Shown here piece after piece: positions 1 to 10,972 of a stretch of 64,000 bases of DNA (its first letter is position 1; each line of letters opens with the position of its first letter). This DNA is from Nanobdellota archaeon. Lineage in GTDB: Archaea > Nanobdellota > Nanobdellia > Pacearchaeales > GW2011-AR1. A model generated the notes under the pieces. The model saw only the letters and a list, made by a program, of their open reading frames with translations. It was not told the origin of the DNA and did not search any database. The stretch is from contig JAHJSH010000029.1 of NCBI GenBank assembly GCA_018830525.1, positions 105,697-169,696 of the forward strand. Direction: 5' to 3'. The position numbers and the translations under genes were made by a program.

Positions 1-156
1 TATCCGGTGGATATTCATATTGAACACACTCCGGAACAAAAAGAAACTATTCAAAGACAATTAGATTTTCATGGGAAAGACATTAATGGATTAACTATGT
101 TGCTCTCCCGATTTCCAATAAAAAGGTTTTATCGAACAGCAAATGTAGTGACATAG
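1..156 (+). CDS. 3' end of a CDS truncated by the window edge, unknown product
   Basis: Frame 1 is open from base 1 to TAG at 154-156. Confidence 0.5.
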   Translation, partial: YPVDIHIEHTPEQKETIQRQLDFHGKDINGLTMLLSRFPIKRFYRTANVVT

Positions 157-236
157 AGTTACCATAACAATTAAATTTAAAAGAGGGTCCTTCTTTGCGA
201 TAGTAATAAAATGAAACTTCTTAATAAATAAATAAT

Positions 237-1004
237 ATGAAAAGGAATTTTTTGCAAAAGGCAATTCATAATTTTTGGTTTGGGATTTTGATAATCAGAC
301 ATTATAAGACTTGGTTACTCGGATTTTTAGATTATTTTAAGTTTCTTAAAAATAAACTAATAATTCATCAATTAAGAAATGGGGCTAAATATTCAGTTAG
401 AACTAACTCCAGCGATTTTGGAATAATAAATGAAATTTATATTGTAAAAGAGTATCATAGATTATTAAATTATATTAATCCAGATTCTACTATTATTGAT
501 ATTGGTGCACAGATCGGGGTATTTTCTGTTTTTGCTGCAAAGATTGCAAATAAAGGAAAAGTTTTTTCATTTGAACCTTTTGAGAAAAATAATTTGCTAC
601 TCCAAAAAAATGTTAAATTAAATGATTTAAAAAATGTGGTCATCTCCAAAAATGCTATTGCGAGAAAATCTGGATCTCGACAGCTTACTATCTCTAAAGA
701 AAATAGTGGAGGACATTCTTTGTTTCAAGAGGGGGATGAAAAGGTAAAAATTGAAACTGTAACCCTTAAGGAAGTTTTTGACAAAAATAATATCGCTAGT
801 TGTGATTTTTTGAAAATTGATTGTGAGGGTGCAGAATATGAGATTTTATATAATACTCCTAGAGAATATTTAGATAAAATAAAATCTATAACTTTAGAAT
901 ATCATAAAAATGGCGACCCCAAAGAATTAAAGGGGTTTTTAGAAAAGGCTAATTTTGAAGTAGAAATAGATAAGGTTGCAGAATTAATTTATGCATGGAA
1001 ATAA
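237..1004 (+). CDS. FkbM-family methyltransferase
   Basis: IDIGAQIG, FEP and LKIDCEGAE motifs. Confidence 0.9.
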   Translation: MKRNFLQKAIHNFWFGILIIRHYKTWLLGFLDYFKFLKNKLIIHQLRNGAKYSVRTNSSDFGIINEIYIVKEYHRLLNYINPDSTIIDIGAQIGVFSVFAAKIANKGKVFSFEPFEKNNLLLQKNVKLNDLKNVVISKNAIARKSGSRQLTISKENSGGHSLFQEGDEKVKIETVTLKEVFDKNNIASCDFLKIDCEGAEYEILYNTPREYLDKIKSITLEYHKNGDPKELKGFLEKANFEVEIDKVAELIYAWK

Positions 1005-1011
1005 GTAAACT

Positions 1012-2010
1012 TTATTTAAATTCGGAAATATAAACTACCCTATTTTCTTTATCAGACATTCTTGCTGCTTCCATAACTTTTGCTTGGAGTAATAAATCTT
1101 TTTCAAAATCATTTTTCTTTTCATGGGAAATTACTCGACAAAATTCTTCAATCATTAATTTTGTTTGGTCAATTGGTCCAGTCACTATTTCTTCAGTGGT
1201 GGTGTCGTCGATACTTCTAGAAATTGTTGTTTTCATATGCGAAGGAACGGCATAAGCTCGATTGACCTTTAGATAAGATTTTGTTCCCCAGACACTATAG
1301 TCTACACGGTAATAAGCATTGAAAGAGGCTGAACAAAAAGCAACTTTCCCATTAGGATAATTGAGAGTAACGTCTGCTTTTATGTCAACACCCCCCAATT
1401 CTAAATCTTTTTTAAAATTGCAATAAACACTTTCAGGTTCTTCATTAAAAATCATCCTACTTGCACCAATAGGATAACAACCCATCTCATTTAAAGCACC
1501 TCCACCCAATTTTTTGTTTAGTCTTATACTATCCTTTTCAAAAAATGGGGAACCGTGTAAGCCTTGGAAAGTTATCAATTCTCCTAAAACATCTTTTTCT
1601 ATTAATTCTATAACCTTTTTATGCTGGGGATGGTACTTGAACATGAGTGCTTCCATAAGTCTAACCTTATTTTCCTTGCAAACTTCGACCATTTTTTTAG
1701 TAGACTCAAAAGAAGTTGTTAATGTTTTCTCACATAAAACATGTTTTCCGGCTTTGGCCGCTTTAATTGTCCATTCTTCATGTAGTCCTATGGGCAGAGA
1801 GATATAAACTGCTTCGACGTCTTTGTTATTTAAAACATTTTCGTAGGTCCCATAAGAATCGCACCCCACCTCCTTACTATATTTTTTTGCTTTTTCTAGA
1901 GAACGACTACCAACCATTGTTAATTCAGCAATTTCAGAAGAGTTTAATGCAGGAATCATTGTTTTTTTTGCAATTCTCCCACAACCAATTATTCCAAATT
2001 TTAACTTCAT
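1012..2010 (-). CDS. Gfo/Idh/MocA oxidoreductase (NDP-sugar ketoreductase-like)
   Basis: GIIGCGRIA, HVLCEK and GGGALNEMGCY motifs. Confidence 0.88.
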   Translation of the reverse strand: MKLKFGIIGCGRIAKKTMIPALNSSEIAELTMVGSRSLEKAKKYSKEVGCDSYGTYENVLNNKDVEAVYISLPIGLHEEWTIKAAKAGKHVLCEKTLTTSFESTKKMVEVCKENKVRLMEALMFKYHPQHKKVIELIEKDVLGELITFQGLHGSPFFEKDSIRLNKKLGGGALNEMGCYPIGASRMIFNEEPESVYCNFKKDLELGGVDIKADVTLNYPNGKVAFCSASFNAYYRVDYSVWGTKSYLKVNRAYAVPSHMKTTISRSIDDTTTEEIVTGPIDQTKLMIEEFCRVISHEKKNDFEKDLLLQAKVMEAARMSDKENRVVYISEFK

Positions 2011-2016
2011 TTTACT

Positions 2017-2442
2017 TCATTTTAAAGGTTTATAATTTGGGTCCCCATGATCTCCAGTCCCCATACCTAAATTTTCGTGGACTATTGGAGGATTACAATC
2101 ATCCCACTTTTTAGTCAACATGGCTACGGCTTCACAATCAGTTATAGCATAGAATACATGTGGCGTGTTTTTTGGAGTATACACACAATCTCCCCGACTA
2201 AGATAAATAAATTCTTCCTTAGAATCAGGAGAATCTTTAGTTACTATTACTCCGCTTCCCGAAACAATTAATAAATACTCGTCAAATTCCGGATGGAAAT
2301 GGTTTCCCCTTATTTTAGCCGCTTTTATGTATAGGTGGTTAAATTCTACAATCGGATCTTTAGGAATAAATGTAAAAATTCCCCCCCTCCCATCTTTGAT
2401 GGTATTCAGATTGCAATCCGGGTTTAATTTTTCGATTTTCAT
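2017..2442 (-). CDS. Cupin protein, sugar-nucleotide isomerase/WxcM-like
   Basis: DGRG, RGNHFH-x4-E and PH cupin motifs. Confidence 0.75.
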   Translation of the reverse strand: MKIEKLNPDCNLNTIKDGRGGIFTFIPKDPIVEFNHLYIKAAKIRGNHFHPEFDEYLLIVSGSGVIVTKDSPDSKEEFIYLSRGDCVYTPKNTPHVFYAITDCEAVAMLTKKWDDCNPPIVHENLGMGTGDHGDPNYKPLK

Positions 2443-2577
2443 TTTATTAATATATTATTTAGTATTTAAAACCCTATTTAAAGTTATTGTAGTTTTTTGG
2501 GTGATTCCTTCTTCGCTATTTCTGCACAAAGCCTTTAGGACAATTAAACTTAAAAACTAGTATTTCTTTTGCCCCTT

Positions 2578-3597
2578 ATGAAAAAGGCATTAATCACAGG
2601 GATTACGGGTCAGGATGGATCTTATTTGGCAGAATTTCTTTTAGAAAAAGGATATGAAGTTTATGGGATGTACAGACGGAGCAGTGAGGATATTAGTGAA
2701 AGGCTCTTTGCGGGGATTATTGGAAAAATTCATCTTGTTGAGGCTGATTTGACAGATTCTTGTTCTCTTTTTAATATAATCAAGGAGATTAATCCTGATG
2801 AAATCTACAATCTTGGTGCTCAATCTTTTGTGTGGACGTCTTTTGATCAACCAGAAGTGACCACAGATGTTAATGCTCTTGGACCCTTAAGAATCTTATG
2901 GGCAATTAAACAAATTAATCCAAAGATAAAATTTTATCAGGCGTCATCAAGTGAACAGTTTGGAAATTCTAGAGAAAGTTCTCAAAAAGAAACGACTCGG
3001 TTTTCTCCGCGATCCCCCTATGGAATTTCAAAATTATATGCATTTGAAATTACAAAAAATTATAGGGAAAGTTATGGTATTTTCGCATGTAATGGAATAT
3101 TGTTTAATCATGAATCCCCTAGGAGGGGTAAACAATTTGTTACAAGAAAAGTTACTGAGGCAGTGGCACGAATTCATTTAGGATTAAGTGATAAACTTGA
3201 GCTTGGCAATTGGTATGCTAAAAGGGATTGGGGGCACGCTAGAGATTATGTTGAGGCAATGTGGTTAATGTTGCAACAAGACAAGCCTGATGATTATGTT
3301 ATAGCTACAGGAATTAATTATTCGGTGAAAGAACTTATAGAAGAAGCTTTCAGAGGGGTTGGGAGAGAGGTAGAATGGGAGGGAGAAGGATTAAACGAGG
3401 TTGGAAAAATTGATGGAAAAGTTGTTGTTAAAGTTAATCCGGAGTTCTATAGGCCTGCAGAGCTTGATGAGCTTCTAGGGGATTCTTCTAAAGCAAGAAA
3501 AGAATTGGGATGGTCTCCTAAGATTTCTTTTAAAGGATTAATTAAGGAAATGGTCGAATCAGATTTAAAGATATTGAAAAAAGAATATAATCTCTAA
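2578..3597 (+). CDS. gmd: GDP-mannose (or GDP-heptose) 4,6-dehydratase
   Basis: [31 protein letters not shown] and RDWGHA motifs; ATG at 2578. Confidence 0.95.
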   Translation: MKKALITGITGQDGSYLAEFLLEKGYEVYGMYRRSSEDISERLFAGIIGKIHLVEADLTDSCSLFNIIKEINPDEIYNLGAQSFVWTSFDQPEVTTDVNALGPLRILWAIKQINPKIKFYQASSSEQFGNSRESSQKETTRFSPRSPYGISKLYAFEITKNYRESYGIFACNGILFNHESPRRGKQFVTRKVTEAVARIHLGLSDKLELGNWYAKRDWGHARDYVEAMWLMLQQDKPDDYVIATGINYSVKELIEEAFRGVGREVEWEGEGLNEVGKIDGKVVVKVNPEFYRPAELDELLGDSSKARKELGWSPKISFKGLIKEMVESDLKILKKEYNL

Positions 3598-3671
3598 CAG
3601 TAAATCTTAAGTTGTTTACAAGAGATATAGCCCCATTAGGGCGTATTTAAAATAAACACTTTAATAAAAAA

Positions 3672-4190
3672 TTACGCATCCTCAATTAATGGAATCGCTT
3701 TATCCATAAAATCTTTTACGTAAGGATGTAACTTCTTTCTGATTAATTTATATCTCTTGGGAGTAATTATAGTTGGTTTTTCATGAAGATTATCGACACT
3801 CAACGAACCTCTCCCTTTTGCAAAATATACTAAATTTAGAGTATCTGTTCCCTTACCATGCCCGAAGGGGTCTGTTTTAAAAAGCGTTCTCGCATATCCC
3901 CATTCAGTCAAATGACTTAATTTTAAACCCGCTTCCCCCCATACTTTTTCCCTCAAGGAATCTTTAACCTCCATACCTCTTTTTATTCTGCCACCCAGTG
4001 GCCACCACATATCTTTAGCAGGAAAGTTAAGTCTTTTAACAAGTAAAATTCCCCCCCTATATTGTATAAAAACATCATGACACAAAATAATTAATTTTTC
4101 ATGGGCTTTTTTATAGTCTGATAAATCCATTAACCGGGCTTTCAAGGCAGGAGTATTTACCTTCCCGTATTCGATAGCGTATTCTTTCAT
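3672..4190 (-). CDS. NUDIX hydrolase, GDP-mannose mannosyl hydrolase-like
   Basis: LLVKR..PAKDMWWPLGGRI..G......REKVWGEAGL Nudix box; next to gmd. Confidence 0.75.
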   Translation of the reverse strand: MKEYAIEYGKVNTPALKARLMDLSDYKKAHEKLIILCHDVFIQYRGGILLVKRLNFPAKDMWWPLGGRIKRGMEVKDSLREKVWGEAGLKLSHLTEWGYARTLFKTDPFGHGKGTDTLNLVYFAKGRGSLSVDNLHEKPTIITPKRYKLIRKKLHPYVKDFMDKAIPLIEDA

Positions 4191-4345
4191 GAGTAGAAAA
4201 AGAAAACTTCTCTTATAATCTTTTCCGTTTCTAACTACTTTCGAGTCATGATAAAATTCTCCATCTGAGGTCTAGATATATCTTAAGAGGGTAAAATTTC
4301 CAATTGACTAGTTAACCTTAAATACCATTAGAAATTTTCTAGACT

Positions 4346-5530
4346 ATGAATAAGATAAAGGTTGTTCTCCCTTTTATGACTACAATGAATTTTCACAAAA
4401 ATTATGAGGGGGGTGATAAGTATATTTATTACTTTTCTAAGGAGTTGGCTAAACAGGGTATCGATGTTACAATTGTTACTACCCAATTAGAAAATAGAGA
4501 AATAAAGGAAAAATTTGAAAATGGGGTAAGATATGTCTTTTTGCCTCCGAGAGTTATTGGTAAAAGATTGTTTAAGCTTAATTCCCCCTATAGGCTTTTA
4601 TTCTCCTATAACTTGAAAAAATATCTTGAAAAAACAGATTTTGATATTCTCCATAGTTTTGGGCCTCTGGCCTATTTTTATTTGCATAAATCTAGAAAGA
4701 AAAGGAAACCAGTTATAAGTCAGCCGTGGGGATTTGCGCCATTTTATCTCCCAGAATCTCTGAGCCAAAAAGGAATTAAAAAAGTTTTTTTAAAATATTT
4801 TATTCAGCATCCTTGGCTTTATTGTTCAAAAAAAGCAGATTTAATTGCTATAGAAGGAGATTTTGAATTACCATTAATAAGGGATTTGGGATTAGATAAA
4901 AATAAAACTTTCTCACTCCCTATAGGAATAGATTTAGAAGTTACTAAGAAATTTAAGAAAAATTATAGGGATATACGAAAGAAATTTAATTTTTCAAAAA
5001 AAGACTTAGTTCTTTTAGCAGTTAATCAAGTTTCTCCAGATAAGGGAGTTGACCTACTTATTAACTCATTTGCCTTATTGAAAAAGAAAATAAAGCATTC
5101 GAAGTTAATCGTGGTAGGGTCTGGTTCTCTTGAGGGGATGATGCAAAATTTAATTAAAAAACATAAGTTAGAAAATGATGTAGTCCATCTTAAGGGCATT
5201 CCGGAAAAAGAGCTTTATGATTGTTATTTTTCCAGTGATATCTTTGTTTGTGCCCAAACACAACAAAATGTATCTGTGAGTGTTCAAGAAGCTATGGCTT
5301 GTGGTTTACCTATTGTTAGTTTTGATCAGGTAGTCTTAGTCAAAAATGATAAAAACGGTATTGCAGTTAAAAATAAAAATTCGGATGGGCTCAAGGAAGG
5401 AATATTAAAGATTTATAGGGGGGATATGAGAAAATTGGGTGCAGGATCTTTAGATTTAATCAAAAATTATACTTGGGAAACAATTGCTAAAACAGCAATA
5501 ACAAAATATAAAGAATTATTGAAACAATAA
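4346..5530 (+). CDS. Glycosyltransferase family 4
   Basis: KGVDLLI and EAMACGLPIV motifs. Confidence 0.92.
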   Translation: MNKIKVVLPFMTTMNFHKNYEGGDKYIYYFSKELAKQGIDVTIVTTQLENREIKEKFENGVRYVFLPPRVIGKRLFKLNSPYRLLFSYNLKKYLEKTDFDILHSFGPLAYFYLHKSRKKRKPVISQPWGFAPFYLPESLSQKGIKKVFLKYFIQHPWLYCSKKADLIAIEGDFELPLIRDLGLDKNKTFSLPIGIDLEVTKKFKKNYRDIRKKFNFSKKDLVLLAVNQVSPDKGVDLLINSFALLKKKIKHSKLIVVGSGSLEGMMQNLIKKHKLENDVVHLKGIPEKELYDCYFSSDIFVCAQTQQNVSVSVQEAMACGLPIVSFDQVVLVKNDKNGIAVKNKNSDGLKEGILKIYRGDMRKLGAGSLDLIKNYTWETIAKTAITKYKELLKQ

Positions 5531-6199
5531 TCACTTCTTTGAAACAACAATATAATGCTCAGCCCAACTAGGCATATAGTCTGCCCATTTTTCAAATAAA
5601 GTACCAAGTATTTTTTCACGTCCGCTTGAATAAATAATAAAATTTCCGCCAAATTTTGTCTTCGATAAATCAAATTTTGATTTTTTATATAATCTTTGAA
5701 GCCAAGGGAAGGTATAAACTTTATAGTGATGGTCTTCGATAGCATATCTTGGATTAAATCCAAATAACATTAAAATTCTATTTTTTAGGGAAGTTAGATT
5801 CGGAGTAGTAATAATTAATATTCCTCCTTTTTTTAAAACCCTATAACACTCATCTAGAAAATCAGCATCTTCGAATAAGTGTTCGATAGTTTCTCCAGAA
5901 ACAACCACATCGAAAGAGTTGTCTTCAAGAGGTAATCGCTTATTAGCATCATGTACGCTTGCATCAACCCCCTTATCAATGGCCTTTTTTACAGCTTTTT
6001 TTGAAATCTCGAGTCCTTTAACTTGCCATCCTTTATTTTTTAAGCTTGCTAAAAATTCCCCAGAAGAACAACCAATTTCTAATATTTTTCCCTTAGGGAG
6101 TTTATTTAAAATAGAATTCATTTTTTTATAACGGATATCATCTAATAGAACGATGTTATCATCAAATGTTCTTCTTTGTCTTATAACATTTTTTTCCAT
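5531..6199 (-). CDS. Class I SAM-dependent methyltransferase
   Basis: LEIGCSSG, FDVV, EH and RVLKKGG..IITTPN motifs. Confidence 0.9.
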   Translation of the reverse strand: MEKNVIRQRRTFDDNIVLLDDIRYKKMNSILNKLPKGKILEIGCSSGEFLASLKNKGWQVKGLEISKKAVKKAIDKGVDASVHDANKRLPLEDNSFDVVVSGETIEHLFEDADFLDECYRVLKKGGILIITTPNLTSLKNRILMLFGFNPRYAIEDHHYKVYTFPWLQRLYKKSKFDLSKTKFGGNFIIYSSGREKILGTLFEKWADYMPSWAEHYIVVSKK

Positions 6200-6223
6200 T
6201 ATTTAAACAGAGGACTATGCTTT

Positions 6224-7057
6224 TTAAAGATTTTTATGATTCTTTTTAAGATCATGGACTTGCAAACCTAACATAAAATAGTAAATCATATTAAAAAAAG
6301 CAAACTTTAATGCCACTTTTCCTTCCTTCCAAGCCCCTTCGCTCAAATAAATTTTAAAAAATGCCAATATTGCAAAAGGTATTGCTGAAAGTAGGGGGAA
6401 ATTTTTTCTAATTTTAATTGTCAGGGGGAAGTCATCTCGATCATATTGAAATTGATCAAAATCTTTAAAATTTCCTAAAGTGTACTTTGCCTGATAGGGC
6501 CCATAAAAGTCTAATCCTTTCTTTTTGAAGTTCTTCCATATAGGAATATTTCCTCCCGAGGTTTTATGTTCCAATTTATAATCTGTATTAATAATTTTCC
6601 CATTTATTTTTGGGTCATCCCAGTGAGGGAATCCTAAAAATGAAATTTTGGCGATTTTATACAATGCCATTTTTGTGGGCCATTTTTTTGTGACTTCTTT
6701 TTTTCCATCCCAAAAAAGCCATAAAAAGGAATATGCATCAGCTTTTGGATTTTTAATTAATTCACGGATATTTTCCCTAAGTTCTTTTGACAAAACTTCA
6801 TCGGCATCGATTTTTAAGACCCACTCATACTTTACTTTTTCAAATAGGAATTTAAGATGCATTGCAGCCATCTTTTTCCTAGGGCCAATAAAGACATTTT
6901 TTGTATACTCCTTGCAAATTTTTATAGTTTTATCGTCGCAAGACCCATCATGAATTATCAAAATTTCATCTACAACCTCTTTGATGCTTTCTAAGCATCT
7001 TCTTATAATTGGTTCTTCATTATGGACTACCAGAATTGCAGAAATTCCTTTTTTCAT
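6224..7057 (-). CDS. Glycosyltransferase family 2
   Basis: HNEE..RCLES, DGS.D and DADE motifs. Confidence 0.9.
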   Translation of the reverse strand: MKKGISAILVVHNEEPIIRRCLESIKEVVDEILIIHDGSCDDKTIKICKEYTKNVFIGPRKKMAAMHLKFLFEKVKYEWVLKIDADEVLSKELRENIRELIKNPKADAYSFLWLFWDGKKEVTKKWPTKMALYKIAKISFLGFPHWDDPKINGKIINTDYKLEHKTSGGNIPIWKNFKKKGLDFYGPYQAKYTLGNFKDFDQFQYDRDDFPLTIKIRKNFPLLSAIPFAILAFFKIYLSEGAWKEGKVALKFAFFNMIYYFMLGLQVHDLKKNHKNL

Positions 7058-7095
7058 AGTCTGACAAAAGGTAAAACATTTATAAAGATTCCTAA

Positions 7096-8589
7096 ATGAA
7101 ATTTATAATGGGGAAAAATGCTTTTGAAAATGATTTGGAGTTAACTAGGAGATTTGGAAAGGAAAAAGTGGGGGGGGGAAATTTTGAAAGTTATCTTTCT
7201 GGGGAAGAAGAATATTTTAAAATTTTAGATCATATGATTGCGGTAATGATTCCTTGGAAAAAAAATTATCATCCTAATCAAATTAGAGAGCATTTAATTT
7301 TTAATTATCGAAGGTTTAAGAGTTATTTGAGGAAACTGGAGAAACAACCTGCATTAAAAAAAGGGACTGTTTTTTTCCTCCCAATTAGCGAAACAAATAC
7401 TATGTTTTTTGAACCAATAATAAAAAAATTAATAACAAAGACAGGGGTAAAAGTTTTGAGGTTTGATTATTCCTTAAATGGTATAAAAAAAGAATTAATA
7501 AAAAGAAAACTTCCCTATGTGAATTTTGAAAAGTATTTAGATAAAACTTCTTTAAGGGGGGCAAGAGAAATAAGGAAAAGGTATCGTAAGGCTTTTGAAA
7601 TCGCTAAAATAATTTTAAAAAGGAATAAGGAATATGAAGAATTAAAACCAGTGATTAAATATTATTTTGGTGTAAGAAATAGATTTTATGAAATTTTGGA
7701 GTTTATAGCCGGTTTGAAGAATTTTATTAGAATAGAAAAACCTTCAATGATTGTTGTACCTGATGAGACCATGGATATTGTTCGGGCAACTTCTTATATC
7801 TGTAAAAAAATGAAGATTCCTTGTATTTCTATGCAATCAGGAAATATGATTAATGAATCCCCTGAATCAGGTGAAACTTTTGCAATTAAAAAAACGGTTT
7901 TTGGTCCTTTTGCAAGGAAGAAAACTATTGAAAGGGGAATGTCTTCTAAAAAAATTGTTGTTACGGGTTCTCCGTTATACGATGTTATTTTTAAGAAAAA
8001 AATGTCTAAGAAAAAAATAAATGATAAGAAAAAAAAGTTAGGATTAATAGGTAAAACGGTAGTCCTTTTTGCATCTACAACAAATTTAGATATCGCAAAA
8101 AAACGATTAAATATTTTATTTAAAATAGCCAACAAGAATCCTAATTTAAAAGTTATTGTTAAACAACATCCAGGAGAATATCAAGATAAAAGATATGAAA
8201 AGTTTTATAGGGCTCTTGCAAAAAAATATAAGATAAATATTATAGTGAGTAAGGAAGACATGTGGAAGATGTTGAGTCTTTCAGATATTTATATTACAGA
8301 TATTTCTACAACTATCTTAGAGGCCCTTATCCTAAGGAAAGCGATTATTTTAACAAATTTTGAAAAATTTTACGATTATGAACCTTATCCTGAAAAGAAA
8401 GGTGTTATTTGGCATGCCTATAATTTCAAGGATGTTGATATGGCAATTAAACATATCTTACATAGAAAGCCGGGGGAAGAAGAAGAGGCTTTTAGAAAAA
8501 AATTGATTGAAGATAATCTCTATAAGGTTGACGGAAAATCTACAGAGAGGGTTTGTAAACTTATAGAAAAGTTAAAATTAAAGAATTAG
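7096..8589 (+). CDS. GT-B-fold polysaccharide biosynthesis protein (CDP-glycerol transferase/capsule-like)
   Basis: VTGSPLYD, KQHP.E, ST..LEAL and DGKSTERV motifs; start may be 7107. Confidence 0.65.
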   Translation: MKFIMGKNAFENDLELTRRFGKEKVGGGNFESYLSGEEEYFKILDHMIAVMIPWKKNYHPNQIREHLIFNYRRFKSYLRKLEKQPALKKGTVFFLPISETNTMFFEPIIKKLITKTGVKVLRFDYSLNGIKKELIKRKLPYVNFEKYLDKTSLRGAREIRKRYRKAFEIAKIILKRNKEYEELKPVIKYYFGVRNRFYEILEFIAGLKNFIRIEKPSMIVVPDETMDIVRATSYICKKMKIPCISMQSGNMINESPESGETFAIKKTVFGPFARKKTIERGMSSKKIVVTGSPLYDVIFKKKMSKKKINDKKKKLGLIGKTVVLFASTTNLDIAKKRLNILFKIANKNPNLKVIVKQHPGEYQDKRYEKFYRALAKKYKINIIVSKEDMWKMLSLSDIYITDISTTILEALILRKAIILTNFEKFYDYEPYPEKKGVIWHAYNFKDVDMAIKHILHRKPGEEEEAFRKKLIEDNLYKVDGKSTERVCKLIEKLKLKN

Positions 8590-10373
8590 TGTTGCTTTAC
8601 AATGGACTCAATGGTTTTTCGTGTTTCTCCAGGAGTTTGTGGAAATTTTTCTAATACCTTTGATAAATTAAATTGATCAAATCTCTCTTTCCAGTAATCA
8701 TCTAGATTCTCATTAGTTTTCTGAATATATCTTTCAGCTTCTAAGGTATTCCCGGACAATTGGTAAGCAAGAGAGAGAAAAAATGGGAAGTCCGCATTTA
8801 AGGGATAACTTTTTTGAAGAACAGACATCCAGCTTGCGAGTTTTTTAGGATTTCCTCCTGGTTGAAGATGTTTGTTTTTGATAAAATTTTTTTCCATATT
8901 TAGAGTAAACCAAATTTGCTTTAATTGTTCTCCTGAAGGAATTTGTTCAGGACTTATGTTAAAGATATCATAACCTTCTAGAACTTTCTCCTTAGATTTT
9001 ATAGCCATCTGGCGATCCGCTTTTGAAGGAATGAAGTTTTTACTAGAGTCCTCTTCCCTTTTCTCGGTCCCAAGGGGGATATAGGTAGAGTACGAGCACC
9101 AATCTGAATTCAATTCCTTCGAGAAGTCAAAAGTATTCATTATTTGTCCGAAGGTTTCTTTAGGGAATCCGAATATATAATTGAAGGAGATAAATAATTC
9201 AGGAAATTTTTCTGCTCGTTTTGCAAATTTTCTGAAAGAATCCAAAGTCCCGGGTTTTCTTATCTGTTTTAGAATTTCGGGATTTCCAGATTCTACTCCA
9301 ATCTTAAATCCCACACAACCAGATTCTCTCATTTTTCCAAGGATATTTTCTTTCAGATCATAAGCGATTAGTCCATTTTGTGCAGACCAAGACAAGTCTC
9401 GTTTAGATAATCCATTTAGTAAATCTTCTAATCTTTCCTTATCTTTAGTTAAATCATCATCTAAAAATTCAATATGTCTTATTCCCCGACTGTAGAGATA
9501 GTCTATTTCTTCTAAGACTTCCTTAACTTCCCGTCCCCTAACGCCTTTTCCAATATAATCTCTAACCGTGCAGAAGCTACAGTTTCCCCTACATCCTCGA
9601 TTGAAAACAATTGGTGCAGAAAGAACATCTTCCCCTGCCATTCTTGAAAATGGTCCGAAGGTCCCAATACTAGAATAGTCTTCTATGGGCATTTTTTTAT
9701 GTTGATTTATTAAATTTCCTTTAAGAATTACTACATCTCTTGGACCTTCCGTCCTCTCAATTTCTTCTCCCGATTTGAATTGGATTCCAGAAACTTCCCT
9801 TGAGTTTCCAGTTTGATAGAGTTGGTTGAATATATAATTTAACTTATTTTCCCCCTCCCTTTCACAAACAAAGTCACATAATCTCTCGTTTAATAGATTT
9901 TGAGCCTCATATGTCGCATTTTGACCTCCCACGATGATAATTGGATCTATATCGCTGGACCTTATTGCTTTTAATACTTCTAAGAAATTTGAATGAGCCA
10001 TAGTAAAGGTGTTTGCTACCCCTACAACTGAGGGTTGATAGGATTCTAGCAGCCCCTCCATGATGTCTAGCCATTGAGAAATGTCATAACCGGGGTTTTC
10101 ATGAACTTTTTTCAGAAGTTCATAATTCATATCAAGGATTCTTGTTTCAATGCCATTGCCTTCAATTGTATCTGCAAGACATTGTAGTCCTGTTGGAAGA
10201 TATGCTTGATAACCTCTACTTAATGCAATCTTACTGTTGAATAATACTTGTCCATTTCTTGAAGGGTCTGGAACTAGATTAGTCTGGGGAACCTTAATAA
10301 GGAGTGTCTTTCCATTTAAGTCGTGTTTTTCTCTGAGGCCCTTACAGTATTTGGAGATATTGCTTTCTGTCAT
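8586..10373 (-). CDS. B12-binding radical SAM protein
   Basis: RGCRGNCSFC (CxxxCxxC), N-terminal cobalamin-domain motifs (VGG.NAT), IGVESG. Confidence 0.9.
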   Translation of the reverse strand: MTESNISKYCKGLREKHDLNGKTLLIKVPQTNLVPDPSRNGQVLFNSKIALSRGYQAYLPTGLQCLADTIEGNGIETRILDMNYELLKKVHENPGYDISQWLDIMEGLLESYQPSVVGVANTFTMAHSNFLEVLKAIRSSDIDPIIIVGGQNATYEAQNLLNERLCDFVCEREGENKLNYIFNQLYQTGNSREVSGIQFKSGEEIERTEGPRDVVILKGNLINQHKKMPIEDYSSIGTFGPFSRMAGEDVLSAPIVFNRGCRGNCSFCTVRDYIGKGVRGREVKEVLEEIDYLYSRGIRHIEFLDDDLTKDKERLEDLLNGLSKRDLSWSAQNGLIAYDLKENILGKMRESGCVGFKIGVESGNPEILKQIRKPGTLDSFRKFAKRAEKFPELFISFNYIFGFPKETFGQIMNTFDFSKELNSDWCSYSTYIPLGTEKREEDSSKNFIPSKADRQMAIKSKEKVLEGYDIFNISPEQIPSGEQLKQIWFTLNMEKNFIKNKHLQPGGNPKKLASWMSVLQKSYPLNADFPFFLSLAYQLSGNTLEAERYIQKTNENLDDYWKERFDQFNLSKVLEKFPQTPGETRKTIESIVKQH

Positions 10374-10456
10374 AATTTATGTCTTTTTTGCCCACTTATA
10401 AGTTTTATCGTTGTAAATTTAGAAAGGTATAAAAGTCATCGAGGCAAAGAATTTTT

Positions 10457-10972
10457 ATGGAAAGGGCAATTTTTCTTGATAGGGATGGGATTATTAACAA
10501 AAATGCGGCAGAGCAGGAGTATATCACTTCATGGAGAGAATTTGAATTTTTGCCTAATGTTTTAGAATGTTTGGCTAGAGCTGCTAGAATGAATTATAAA
10601 ATCTTTGTAATCACCAATCAAAGGGGAATTGCCCGAGGGAAAATGTCTGAAGAAGACGTTGAGGAAATTCATTCTAATATGATAAATCAAATTAATGATG
10701 CTGGTGGCAGAATAGACAAGATTTATGTTTGTCCGCATGGATATGGGGTGTGTGATTGTCGAAAACCCCTCCCCGGAATGCTCGATATGGCTAAACAAGA
10801 GTTTAATATTTCTCTGGAGGCTAGCTGGGTAATCGGAGATGCTATATCCGACATCGAGATGGGTAAATCTCGAAAATATAAAACGATATGTGTTGGGAAG
10901 GGTGCAGGTATTGCGGATTATAATGTTAAGTCTTTAAGAGAGGCTATTGAAATTATTATTTCTGATTCTTAA
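10457..10972 (+). CDS. gmhB: Heptose 1,7-bisphosphate phosphatase
   Basis: FLDRDG, TNQ.G and CPH...CDCRKP motifs. Confidence 0.92.
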   Translation: MERAIFLDRDGIINKNAAEQEYITSWREFEFLPNVLECLARAARMNYKIFVITNQRGIARGKMSEEDVEEIHSNMINQINDAGGRIDKIYVCPHGYGVCDCRKPLPGMLDMAKQEFNISLEASWVIGDAISDIEMGKSRKYKTICVGKGAGIADYNVKSLREAIEIIISDS